Of a stretch of DNA of 64,000 nt, positions 38,859 to 49,012 are shown one piece after another. The stretch lies in NCBI GenBank assembly GCA_963797835.1, contig CAWCRN010000026.1:208310-272309 (forward strand), read 5' to 3'. The notes beneath the pieces are model-generated. The model worked only from the letters and a program-made list of their open reading frames with translations, did no database searches and was not told the DNA's origin. A program made the position numbers and the translations under genes. The DNA comes from an uncultured Solirubrobacterales bacterium. Lineage in GTDB: Bacteria; Actinomycetota; Thermoleophilia; Solirubrobacterales; 70-9. The stretch's first letter is position 1. Every line of letters begins with the position of its first letter.

Positions 38859-40013
38859 CTCTGTCCAGATACGAGGCGGTCAGCCCGTCGTCAACTCGCC
38901 TGGTGATCTCCGTCGACCTGCTGCTCGACGGAGGGGTCGGCACGCCTGCGGCGTGCAGTCGGCCGTGAACTCGGCGTCGGGGAAGATCAGCGGGTTCTTG
39001 GCGAGCTCCGGGTCGCCCTCCTGCTCGAAGCACCTCCTTGACCCCGTCGACCGGGGTCACGTAGTTGACGTACTCGGCGATATCGGCCTGTACCTCGGGC
39101 TCGTAGACGTAGTCCATGAACGCCAGCGCCGCGGCCGGGTTCGGCGCGCCGACCGGGATCACCATGTTGTCCGACCACAGGCTGCAGCCCTCGGTCGGGC
39201 ATCAGCCACTCGGTGTTCGGGTCGTCGGCCAGATGCAGGAGCCGTCGCCCGACCAGCCGACGGCGGCGACGTGTTGCCGCTGGTGATGTCCTCGGTGTAG
39301 TCGTTGCCGGTGAAGCGCGGATCTGCCCGGACTCGAGCCGCTGCGCCGATCTTGTCGATCGCGGCCATCCAGTCCTCGGTCGGTGGCCTCGCGCGGGGTC
39401 GACGCCGTCGGTCTTCATGACCAGGGTGACGTCGTCGCGCATCTCGTCGAGCAGCGTGACACTGGCCCTCGTACTTGGGGTCGAACAGGTCGTTGATCGA
39501 GTCGATGTCGGGCGCCTCGGTCCTTGTCCGACCAGATCCCGGTCATCCCGCTCTGCCAGGGGACGGAGAATTCGCGGTCCGGGTCGAGCGTCGGGCTCGC
39601 GAGATCCGGGACGGATGTTCTCGAAGACGTCGGGAGGTCCGAGTGGTCGAGCTTCTGCAGGTAGCCGAGGTCGTACATATGCTTGGCCATCCAGTCGGTG
39701 ACGACGAAGATGCTGCGCTCGCCCGACTCGCCCTGCGTCCAGCAGCGGCTGGATCTTCCCGAAGAACTCGAAGTTGTCGTTGATGTCCTCGATGTACTCG
39801 ACGTCGACGCCGGTCGCTCCGGTGAACTGGGCGAGCGAGTCGTCCTGTCGCCGCCGGGTCGACGTAGAGCGGCCAGTTCGAGATCACCGAGCTCGCCCTC
39901 GACCGGTCGCCGCCGCTGCCGCCTTCTCGGACGTTCGCCGGCCGTCGCTGCCGCAGGCGCCGACCGAGTGCCGCCACGCAGCGAGCCAGCGCCAGCCGGG
40001 CCGGCGCGCTCAT
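38845..40013 (-). pseudogene. PotD/PotF-like polyamine-binding protein, many frame changes
   Basis: Fragments ISNWPLYVDP, IFVVTDWMAKHMYDLGYLQKLDHSDLP, DPDREFSVPWQSGMTGI and MVIPVGAPNPAAALAFMDYVYEPEVQADIAEYVNYVTPVDGVKEVL lie in different frames. The ends are approximate. Confidence 0.7.
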
Positions 40014-40071
40014 GGTCGTTGGGCTGGTTGCGCTTCATTGGCCCTCCTGGGGGGTTGGCTGTGGGTCGTCG

Positions 40072-41224
40072 TCAGGTCTCGGACTCGCGGACGAGATGGA
40101 TGTGCTCGGGCGCCCAGCTCAGCTGACCGGCGCGCCGCCGCCGGGGAGGCGGGCGCGCTCGGCCTCGTCGGCGTTCGGGACGAGGACGGTCATCCTCACG
40201 TCGCCCTGGAGACGGACGACGATCTGCGTCGCGGTGCCGAGGAAGACGGAGGCCTCGACCACGCCGTCGACGCGTGGGCCAGTTCCCGTTGCCGTCGCCT
40301 GTTGGCGTCGATCAGGAGCTTCTCGGGCCGCACGACGGCGTGGCAGCGCTCGCCCTGGCGCAGAGCCATTGCGGTCGGCCTCGACCTCGACGCCGCTGTC
40401 GAGCTCGCACCGCTGGCACGCCCGTTCGTCGCTTGGCTGACCACGCCCGGCATCAGGTTGGAGACGCCGATGAATCCCGCGACGAACGTGGTGGTGGGCC
40501 GCTCGTAGACGGCCTCCGGTGGCGCCACCTGCTCGATCCGGCCCTGGTTCATGACCGCGATCCGGTCCGACATCGTGAGCGCCTCCTCCTGGTCGTGCGT
40601 CACGTAGACGAACGTGATCCCGACGTCGCGCTGGATCCGCTTCAGCTCGATCTGGAGGCCCTTGCGCAGCTTCAGGTCGAGGGCGCCGAGGGGCTCGTCG
40701 AGGAGCAGGACCTTGGGCCGGTTCACGATCGCCCGCGCCAGCGCCACGCGCTGCTGCTGGCCGCCGGAGAGCTGGCTGGGCCGGCGGTTCGCCTCGCGGG
40801 CCAGCCCGACCCGCTCGAGCTCCTCCGCGACCCTGCCCTTGGTCTCGTCGCCGGCGACCTTCTGGCGGCGCAGGCCGAAGGCCACGTTGTCGGCCACGCT
40901 CAGGTGCGGGAACAGCGCGTAGCTCTGGAAGACGGTGTTGGTCGGGCGCTGGTGGGCGGGCAGGCCGGCGACGTCCTCGCCGTCGATCAGGACGCGCCCG
41001 GAGGTGGGGTCCTCGAACCCGGCGATCATCCGCAGCGTGGTCGTCTTGCCGCAGCCGGACGGGCCGAGCAGGGTGAAGAACTCGCCGCTCGCGATATCGA
41101 GGTCGAGCGAGCGAACTGCCTCGAAGTCGCCAAAGCTCTTGGAAACCTGCTCGAGGCGCACGCTGGGCTCGGAGCCTTGGGCCCCGGGTCCCCGGTCCTC
41201 GACGGTCGGGGTCGCGCTGGTCAA
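40072..41224 (-). pseudogene. PotA-like polyamine ABC ATPase; N-terminal 270 aa intact, C-terminal domain has 4 or more frame changes
   Basis: Walker [24 protein letters not shown] and LLLDEP are intact. Below about 40420 the fragments [68 protein letters not shown] and LSWAPEHIHLVRESET alternate frames. Confidence 0.8.
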
Positions 41225-41376
41225 CCCTCGCTCCTCACCCTGTTGGTCGCATCGTACAAGACTTCGGTGGTAGTCTGACCTCCGGCGTCGGTGTCGGGCT
41301 GTATCCCGGTGGGTACGGCTTGTACGGAACGTCGATAGCGGCCCATTTTCGGGGGATTCGGAGGAGGAGAGGCAGA

Positions 41377-42760
41377 ATGGCCACCACCGCGACCACCGCA
41401 GAGACCAGGACGACTCCGGGCCTGCAGGACCTGGCCAAGCGCCATCTCTGGATGCACTTCACGCGGATGGGCGCGTTCGCCGATGCGGACGTGCCGATCA
41501 TCGTCCGCGGCGAGGGGCCGTACGTCTATGACGAGCATGGGAACCGCTACCTGGACGGGCTCTCGGGCCTCTTCTGCTCCAACGCGGGCCACGGCCGCAC
41601 CGAGCTGGGCGAGGCCGGCGCGCGCCAGGTCGAGGAGCTCGACTTCGTCACGCTCTGGAGCTACGCACACCCACGGGCGATCGAGCTCGCCGAGCGGATC
41701 GCGAGCCTGACGCCCGGCGACCTCAACCGGGTCTTCTTCACCTCGGGCGGCTCCGAGGCCGTCGAGTCGGCGATCAAGCTGGCTCGCGCGTATCACCTCC
41801 GCACGGGCAACCCGCGAAAGACGAAGCTCATCACCCGCGAGATCGCGTACCACGGGACCACGCTCGGGGCGCTTGTCCGCGACCGGGATCCCGGCGCTGC
41901 GGACCGACTTCGAGCCGCTCGTGCCGGGCGGCAACCACGTCCCGAACACGAACTCCTACCGCTGGCCCGAGGGCCGCGACCCGCTGTGGGCGGCGGACAA
42001 GATCGAGGAGAAGATCCTCTTCGAGGGCCCCTCCACCGTCGCCGCGGTGATCCTCGAGCCCCTCCAGAACGCGGGCGGCTGCATCCCGCCGCAGGAGGGC
42101 TACTTCCAGCGCGTGCGCGAGATCTGCGACCGCCATGACGTCCTGCTGATCTCCGACGAGGTGATCTGCTCGTGGGGACGGCTGGGTCACTACTTCGGGT
42201 GCGACCGCTACGGGTACGTGCCCGACCTGATCACGACGGCGAAGGCGCTCACCTCGGCCTACGCGCCGATGGGCGCGCTGATCGCCTCCGACCGCGTCGC
42301 CGAGCCGTTCATGCACGGCACCGAGATGTTCACCCACGGCTTCACCTTCGCCGGGCATCCCGTCGCGGCCGCGATCGCGCTTGCCAACCTGGACGTGTTC
42401 GAGCGCGAGGACCTGTGTGGCCAGGTACTGGCCAACGAGGGCGAGCTGCGCACGATGCTGGAGGGCCTGCGCGACATCCCCATCGTCGGCGACGTCCGCG
42501 GCGCGGGCTACTTCCACGCGATCGAGTTGGTCAAGGACCAGGAGACGAAGGAGGGGTTCTCCGACGAGGAGTCCGAGGACCTGCTGCGCGGCTTCCTCTC
42601 CGGCGAGCTCTACCGCCGCGGGCTGATCTGCCGGGCCGACGATCGCGGCGACCCCGTGATCCAGCTGGCGCCGCCCCTGATCTGCGACTCGGAGCATTTC
42701 GAGGAGATCGAGGCCGTGCTCCGCCCGGTCCTGACAGAAGCCGCCGAGCGCCTCGGCTGA
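41377..42760 (+). pseudogene. class-III (omega) aminotransferase, putrescine/GABA-type, one net +1 frame break (or sequencing error)
   Basis: RBS GGAGGAGGAGA followed by ATG 41377. ...REIAYHGTTLGAL | SATGIPALRTDFEPL joins at about 41875. Contains DEVICSWGRLG and TTAKALTSAYAPMG (PLP-Lys region). Confidence 0.85.
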
Positions 42761-42783
42761 GGCGCGATCGGGGTGATCGCCTG

Positions 42784-44346
42784 ATGCTCACGGTCGGCGG
42801 TCTCGCCAAGGGGTGCGGGCTGGAGCTCGCCGCCGGCGCCGAGGGCGCCGACCGCGAGATCCGCTGGGTTCACATCACCGAGCTGGAGGACCCGACCCGG
42901 TGGCTCTCGGGTGGCGAGCTGCTGTTGACGACCGGGATCCAGCTCACCACGCCGACCCGCCAGCGCCGCTTCGTGGAGCTGCTCGACGGAAACGACCTCG
43001 CCGGCCTGGGCTTCGGCACCGGCTTCTCGGCGAAGAAGCTGCCGAAGGCCCTGGTGGACGAGGCGGCAGCCCGCGGCATGCCCCTGTTCGAGGTCCCGTA
43101 CGAGATGCCTTTCATCGCGATCACCGAGTTCGCGTTCGGGAAGCTGGTGAACGAGCAGTACGACGTGCTCCAGCGCGCGGGCCAGGTGCACGAGCGCCTC
43201 GAGCGCCTGGTCCTTCAGGGCGACGGGCTGGCGCAGGTGCTCGAGTCGATCGCGGCGGCGGTCGGGGGCGCCGCCCTGGTCCTCGACGCCGGCGGGGCAG
43301 AGCTCGCCCGGCACCCGGAGGGCGGCGGGCCAACGCCCACGTTGACCGAGTCGGTCGCCGCCGAGGTGTCGGGCCGCGATGGCTCCGGGCAGGTCGCGTT
43401 CTTCGCGCCGTCGGCGCCGGAGCTGGCCGACCGGGCGCTGGCGGTGCCCGTCTCGGGGCGCCGCGACGCCTCGCCGTTCGCCTGGCTTCTGGTGGTCTCC
43501 GAAAACGGGGCGCTGGGCCCGTTCGAGCGGCTGATCGCGCGGCAGGCCGCGATGGTCGTGGGGCTCGAGCTGATGCGTGAGCGGGTGGTGCGCGAGACGG
43601 AGCGCCGGCTCGCCGGCGACCTCCTCGCCGAGGCGCTCAGCGGGCGCCTGGACACGGAGGACGCGCTGGGCCGGCTGCGGCCATTCGGGATCGAGGCGGA
43701 GGCCGCGGTGCTGGTGTTCGAGTTGGACGATCCGCCGGCCGCCGAGGGCGACCTCGAGGCGGGCCTGGCCGAGCTGGGCGCATCGGGCCTCGTGGCCACC
43801 ACATCCGCCGCGGGGCGGCCGCTGCTGTGCGCGGTCGTGGCGGGCTCGGGCGGCGAGCCACTGGAGACCGCCGAAGCCCTGCGGGCATCGCTGCTCGCCC
43901 GGCACGGCTCGGTGCGGGCGGCGGTATCGCGACCGGTGGGCGTCGGCTCGCTGCGGCGGGCGTTCCACGAGGCGCGCTGCGCGCTCGAGGCCACTTCGCT
44001 CGCCAACGGCGACGCCCCCGACGTCGCCTCCCATGACGACCTCGGCGCGTTCACCCTGTTGCTGGCGCTCCAGGACGACGACGCGCTGCGCGCCTACAGC
44101 GACGGCCTCCTCGAGCCGATCGAGCGCACCGAGGGCGAGTACGGCGGCGAGCTCCTGCGCTCGCTCGAGGCGTTCATCGAGAACAACGGCAACTGGGAGC
44201 GGGCGGCGCGGCGCCTCTACTGCCACCGGCACACGCTGCGCTACCGGATCCGCAAGGTCGAGGAGTTGACCGGCCGCGACATGTCGCGCGCGACGGACCG
44301 GATCGAGCTGTGGCTCGCGCTGCGCGCCAGGGAGCTCGTGCGATGA
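42784..44346 (+). CDS. PucR-family transcriptional regulator
   Basis: ATG 42784. N-terminal PucR-like sensor. C-terminal HTH NWERAARRLYCHRHTLRYRIRKVEELTG. Confidence 0.85.
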   Translation: MLTVGGLAKGCGLELAAGAEGADREIRWVHITELEDPTRWLSGGELLLTTGIQLTTPTRQRRFVELLDGNDLAGLGFGTGFSAKKLPKALVDEAAARGMPLFEVPYEMPFIAITEFAFGKLVNEQYDVLQRAGQVHERLERLVLQGDGLAQVLESIAAAVGGAALVLDAGGAELARHPEGGGPTPTLTESVAAEVSGRDGSGQVAFFAPSAPELADRALAVPVSGRRDASPFAWLLVVSENGALGPFERLIARQAAMVVGLELMRERVVRETERRLAGDLLAEALSGRLDTEDALGRLRPFGIEAEAAVLVFELDDPPAAEGDLEAGLAELGASGLVATTSAAGRPLLCAVVAGSGGEPLETAEALRASLLARHGSVRAAVSRPVGVGSLRRAFHEARCALEATSLANGDAPDVASHDDLGAFTLLLALQDDDALRAYSDGLLEPIERTEGEYGGELLRSLEAFIENNGNWERAARRLYCHRHTLRYRIRKVEELTGRDMSRATDRIELWLALRARELVR

Positions 44347-45440
44347 GGGTCGCCGTCCTAGGGGCCGGCGGCACGATCGCCCCGGCCATCGTCCGCGACC
44401 TCGCCGAGTCCGACGAGGTCTCCGAGCTCGTCCTGCTCGATCTCGACGCGGAGCGCGCGGGCGCCGTGGCCGAAGCCCACGGCGGCGGGAAGGCGACGGC
44501 CGCGCGGGTCGACGCCCGGGAGCCCGGGTCGCTGCCCGGCGCGCTGGCGGGCTGCGAGGCGCTGGTCAACTCGGCGTCGTACCGCATCAACCTCGACGCG
44601 ATGGGCGCCTGCCTCGAGGCCCGGTGCCACTACATCGACCTGGGCGGGCTCTACTGGATGACCGGGCGGCAGCTCGAGCTCTCGGCGGACTTCGAGGGCG
44701 CCGGCCTCATCGCGATGCTGGGCGTCGGCTCCGCTCCCGGCAAGACGAACCTCATGGCCAGGGTGGCCGCCGAGCGCCTCGGGGGCACGGCCGACGAGGT
44801 ACGGGTCTCCGCGGCGGGCCGGGACCTCGATCCCCCCGAGGGCTTCAGCATCCCCTACGCGCTTCGCACCCTGATCGACGAGCTGACGATGGCGCCGATC
44901 GTCCTGCGCGACGGCGAGCCGGCGGAGGTCCAGCCGATGCGCGACGGCGGGACGGTGGACTTCGGCGACCCGATCGGCGAGGGCGAGACGATCTACACCC
45001 TGCACTCGGAGATGCGGACCTTCGGCTCCAGCTTCGGCTGCCGCGACGGCAGCTTCCGCCTCTCGCTCTCCCCGGCGGCGCTCGAGCGCCTGCGCGACTT
45101 GGTGGACGCCTCCGACGAGGAGGTCGAGGCCGCCGCCCATGAGGCCGTGCCGCAGTCGCCGAAGACCGTCTCGGTCCATCTGATCGAGGCCTCGCGCGAC
45201 GGGCAGCTCGCCCGGGTCCGCGCCGTGACCCGCCCGCACGAGCGCTGGGGGCTTGGCGGGGGAATCGTCTCGACGGCGGCGCCGGCCGCGGCGGCGGTGC
45301 GGCTGCTGGCACGGGGCTCGATCGAGGCAAGGGGAGCGCTGCCCCCCGAGGGCTGCATCGATCCCGAGGAGATGTTCGCCGAGCTGGAAGGGCGCGGCGC
45401 CACCTTCGAGGTGGATGTGAGTGAAGGAGCGCTGGCTTGA
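44343..45440 (+). CDS. saccharopine dehydrogenase-like NAD(P)-binding protein
   Basis: The ATG overlaps the PucR stop (ATGA). Rossmann motif MRVAVLGAGGTIAPAI. GVGSAPGKTN. Confidence 0.8.
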   Translation: MRVAVLGAGGTIAPAIVRDLAESDEVSELVLLDLDAERAGAVAEAHGGGKATAARVDAREPGSLPGALAGCEALVNSASYRINLDAMGACLEARCHYIDLGGLYWMTGRQLELSADFEGAGLIAMLGVGSAPGKTNLMARVAAERLGGTADEVRVSAAGRDLDPPEGFSIPYALRTLIDELTMAPIVLRDGEPAEVQPMRDGGTVDFGDPIGEGETIYTLHSEMRTFGSSFGCRDGSFRLSLSPAALERLRDLVDASDEEVEAAAHEAVPQSPKTVSVHLIEASRDGQLARVRAVTRPHERWGLGGGIVSTAAPAAAAVRLLARGSIEARGALPPEGCIDPEEMFAELEGRGATFEVDVSEGALA

Positions 45441-46635
45441 AGGTAGGAGTCCCGACCGAGATCAAGACCGACGAGTACCGCGTCGCGCTCACGCCCGGTC
45501 GGCGCCCGTGAGCTGGCCGAGCACGGCCACGAGGTCCTGGTCCAGAAGGGCGCGGGCGAGGGGAGCGCCGTCAGCGACGCCGACTTCGAGGCGCAGGGGG
45601 CCCGCATCGTGCCGGGGGCCGAGGACGTCTGGGGCGAGGCCGACATGGTCCTGAAGGTGAAGGAGCCGCAGATGCCAGAGGTGGCGATGCTGCGGTCCGA
45701 GACCACGCTCTTCACCTACCTGCACCTCGCGCCCGACCCGGAGCTGACGCGCGCGCTGGCCGAGACGAACGCCATCTGCGTGGCCTACGAGACGGTCGAG
45801 GACCGCCACGGGCGGCTGCCGCTCCTGGCCCCGATGAGCGAGATCGCCGGGAGGATCGCCACCCAGGCGGGGGCCTTCATGCTCGAGAAGCCGCTGGGCG
45901 GGCGCGGGATCCTGCTGGGCGGGGTCCCCGGGGTGGCGCCCGCGAACGTGATGGTGATCGGCGGCGGTGCGGTGGGCATGAACGCCGCCTTCATCGCGAT
46001 CGGGATGGAGGCCGACGTCTTCGTCTACGACGTCTCGATCGACAAGCTCCGCGAGCTGGACATCGCCTTCGGCGGGCGCGCCTCCACGGTGTTCTCCTCC
46101 ACGCTCTCGATCGAGGAGCGCCTGCCGTCAATCGACCTCGTGATCGGCGGGGTGCTGGTCCACGGCGCGAAGGCGCCGCGCGTGATCACCCGCGACCAGC
46201 TCGGGCTGATGAAGCCCAGCGCGGTGCTCGTGGACGTCGCGATCGACCAGGGCGGGTGCTTCGAGACCTCGAAGCCCACGACCCACTCCGACCCCGTCTA
46301 CGAGGTCGACGGGATCATCCACTACTGCGTCGCGAACATGCCCGGCGCGGTCCCGATCACCTCCACCTACGCCCTCACGAACGCGACCCTGCCCTACGTG
46401 CTCGCGGTGGCCGACAACGGCATCGTCGAGGCCGCGAAGCGCGACCCCGGCCTGAAGCTGGGGATCAACGTCGCCCGCGGCCAGGTGACGCACGCGGCCG
46501 TCGCGGAGGGCGTCGGCATGGACTACCTCACCCCCGAGGAGGTCCTCGGCATCGAGCCGCTCCCGGCCAACGGCGCTGCAGGGGTCGGACGGAGCGGGCG
46601 CGACGGCCGCGAGCGCCAAGCAGGGCGCCCACTAG
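45437..46635 (+). pseudogene. ald: alanine dehydrogenase, one net +1 frame break near codon 20; the 3' end is probably also shifted
   Basis: TTG 45437 gives LKVGVPTEIKTDEYRVALTP, then frame +1 gives VGARELAEHGHEVLVQKGAG... (break about 45495). VMVIGGGAVGMNAA Rossmann motif. As sequenced, the ORF runs on to 46784. Confidence 0.8.
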
Positions 46636-46648
46636 GTCACGGCCGGAG

Positions 46649-48019
46649 CTACTTCACCACGCGGATCAGCTTCTTGTTCACGAACTCCTCGATGCCGTAC
46701 TTGCCGAGCTCGCGGCCGAAGCCCGATCGCTTGACGCCGCCGAACGGCAGCTCGGCGCCGTCTTGGCCCACGCCGTTGACGTAGACCATCCCGGTGTCGA
46801 GGCCGTCCGCCACGCGCTGGGCCTGTTCCGGATCGTTCGAGAAGACGTACGAGCCGAGCCCGAACGGCGTGTCGTTCGCCAACTCGATCGCCTCCTCCTC
46901 GGAGCCGACGCGGTAGACGCTCGCGACCGGGCCGAAGAACTCCTCCCGGTAGGCATCGTTCTCCGGCGTGATCCCGGTGAGCACGGTGCTGGAGAAGTAG
47001 TTGTCCTTCCTGTCGCCGCCGGCGACGACCTGCGCGCCCTGGGCGACAGCACGCTCGACCTGATCCTCCAGCGTTTCCGCGGCAGAGGCGGACGAGAGCG
47101 GCCCCATCTCGGCGTCCTCGGACGTCGGGTCGGACGGCTCGGCCGCGGCCATCTTGGCCTTGAACTTCTCGAGGAAGTCGTCGTAGATCTCGTCGGCGAC
47201 GATGAACCGCTTCGCCGCGTTGCAGGACTGGCCGGTGTTGTCGAGGCGGCCTGCGACCGCGGCGTCCACGGCCTCGTCCAGGTCGTCGGCCCCGAGGAGG
47301 ACGAACGGATCCGAGCCACCGAGCTCCAGGACGACCTTCTTCAGGTTGCGACCGGCGATCTCGGCGACCGCGGCCCCGGCCCGCTCGGAGCCGGTCAGTG
47401 AGACGCCCCGGACCCGCGGATCCTCGATCACCTTCTCGATCTGATCGTTTGTTGCGAGGATCGTCTGGTAGGCGCCGTCGGGGAAGCCGGCGTCCTTGTG
47501 AATCGTCTGGATCGCCAGCGCCGACTCCGGGCACTGGTGCGCCGGCTTCAGCAGGATCGGGTTGCCCACGACGAGGTTGGGGCCGGCGAACCGGGCCACC
47601 TGGTAGTAGGGAAAGTTCCAGGGCATGATCCCCAGCAGTGGGCCGACCGACGAGCGCCGGATCAGCGCCGTGCCGTCACCCGCGAGCAGCTCGATCGACT
47701 CGTCCTTGAGGAGGTCCTCCCCGTTGTCGGCGTAGAAGCCGTAGATGGCTTCGCAGAAGTCCACCTCGCCGAGGGCCTGCTCCATCGGCTTGCCCATCTC
47801 CCGCACGGCGATCTCAGCCAGCTCCTCCCTCCGCTCGGCATGAAGCTCGGACACCTTCTTGACCAGCGCTGCCCGCTCGGAGACCGAGGTCTTCAACGCC
47901 CAGTTCCGGTGGGCGTCCTCCGCCGCCGCGATCGCTGCCACGAGCTCCTCGTCGGAGATCTCCGGATACTCCTCGACGGTCTCTCCGGTTGCCGGGTTGA
48001 CGACTGAGTACTTGCTCAT
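46649..48019 (-). CDS. gabD: NAD(P)-dependent succinate-semialdehyde dehydrogenase
   Basis: 456 aa and intact. MPWNFPYYQ, LELGGSDP, GQSCNAAKRF. Confidence 0.85.
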   Translation of the reverse strand: MSKYSVVNPATGETVEEYPEISDEELVAAIAAAEDAHRNWALKTSVSERAALVKKVSELHAERREELAEIAVREMGKPMEQALGEVDFCEAIYGFYADNGEDLLKDESIELLAGDGTALIRRSSVGPLLGIMPWNFPYYQVARFAGPNLVVGNPILLKPAHQCPESALAIQTIHKDAGFPDGAYQTILATNDQIEKVIEDPRVRGVSLTGSERAGAAVAEIAGRNLKKVVLELGGSDPFVLLGADDLDEAVDAAVAGRLDNTGQSCNAAKRFIVADEIYDDFLEKFKAKMAAAEPSDPTSEDAEMGPLSSASAAETLEDQVERAVAQGAQVVAGGDRKDNYFSSTVLTGITPENDAYREEFFGPVASVYRVGSEEEAIELANDTPFGLGSYVFSNDPEQAQRVADGLDTGMVYVNGVGQDGAELPFGGVKRSGFGRELGKYGIEEFVNKKLIRVVK

Positions 48020-48121
48020 CTACTGCACTCCTCTTGCGGTCGCATGGCGTTCTTGCCGATTGCCTGATCCCCGCTTTAGGCTACCCGTGTCCGCCCGAAG
48101 CCGTAGCGAGCCGCCGCACCC

Positions 48122-48928
48122 TCAGTCCTCGGCGCCCAGCAGGAGGCCGAGCTGCCGGGACTGGGCCACGAGGGTTCCGTCGGGCGCCCACAGCTCGCCG
48201 TCCTCCTCGAAGAAGCCGTCGCGCACCTGGCGCGTGCGGAAGCGGCCGAGCAGAAGCGCGTCGTCGATGGGTAGCGGCGAGCGGAAGTGCACGGTGAGGT
48301 CGATCGTCGGCGCCGGCGCCAGTGCCCGGAGCCGCGGCCAGGGCGCGGGAAACCAGGCGTCGGCGAGGAGGGCGACCGCGAGCGCGTCAACCGGCCGCTC
48401 CTCCAGCAGCCCCAGCCAGCCGCCCACCTCGGCCCTGTCCGCGCCCGAGAAGGCCCGGTCGCCGAAGCGCGGGTGCATCGTCAGCTGCCCCATGAACGGC
48501 GGTGGGCCACCCTCCCGCGGCGGGCCGCCCCCGAGCGGCTCGCGGCCCTCCGGGGGCTCCACGTCCGGCATCGGCGCCTCGTCGTCGAACAGCGGGCCCT
48601 CCCATGGCTTCGAGTAGGCGGCGAGCGCGAGCCCGAGCAGCTCGCCGTCCTGCTCGAGGCGGGCGGAGACGGTACTGAGCGAGCGGCCCTCCCGCTCGAC
48701 GGTTGTCCGCACCGTTACCGGTCCCTGTTGGGGCACCCGCAGGAAGTGCATCGTCGCGGAGCGCGCCTGGCGGCCGGGATCCTCCACCGCGAGCTCCATG
48801 CCGCGGAGCACGATCGCCATGACGTAGCCGCCGAGCGGGCCACGGGGCGTCTGCCAGCCGTCGGCGATCGCGCCTTCCCAGACGCCATCGGCGGCCGGCC
48901 GAAGCCCGGTGTCCTCGTCGAAGCTCAA
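48122..48928 (-). CDS. acyl-CoA thioesterase (TesB-like double hotdog)
   Basis: 268 aa. Layout GPLGGYVMAIVLRG...TIDLTVHFRSPLP...DGELWAPDGTLVAQSRQL. Confidence 0.65.
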   Translation of the reverse strand: MSFDEDTGLRPAADGVWEGAIADGWQTPRGPLGGYVMAIVLRGMELAVEDPGRQARSATMHFLRVPQQGPVTVRTTVEREGRSLSTVSARLEQDGELLGLALAAYSKPWEGPLFDDEAPMPDVEPPEGREPLGGGPPREGGPPPFMGQLTMHPRFGDRAFSGADRAEVGGWLGLLEERPVDALAVALLADAWFPAPWPRLRALAPAPTIDLTVHFRSPLPIDDALLLGRFRTRQVRDGFFEEDGELWAPDGTLVAQSRQLGLLLGAED

Positions 48929-49012
48929 GGGCCGCGCACCCTACTCACGGGCGCCTCGCGCGTGATGCGAAACGGGCTGGGAGCGCTGGGTCGTGCGCTG
49001 AGCCCGTGTTCC

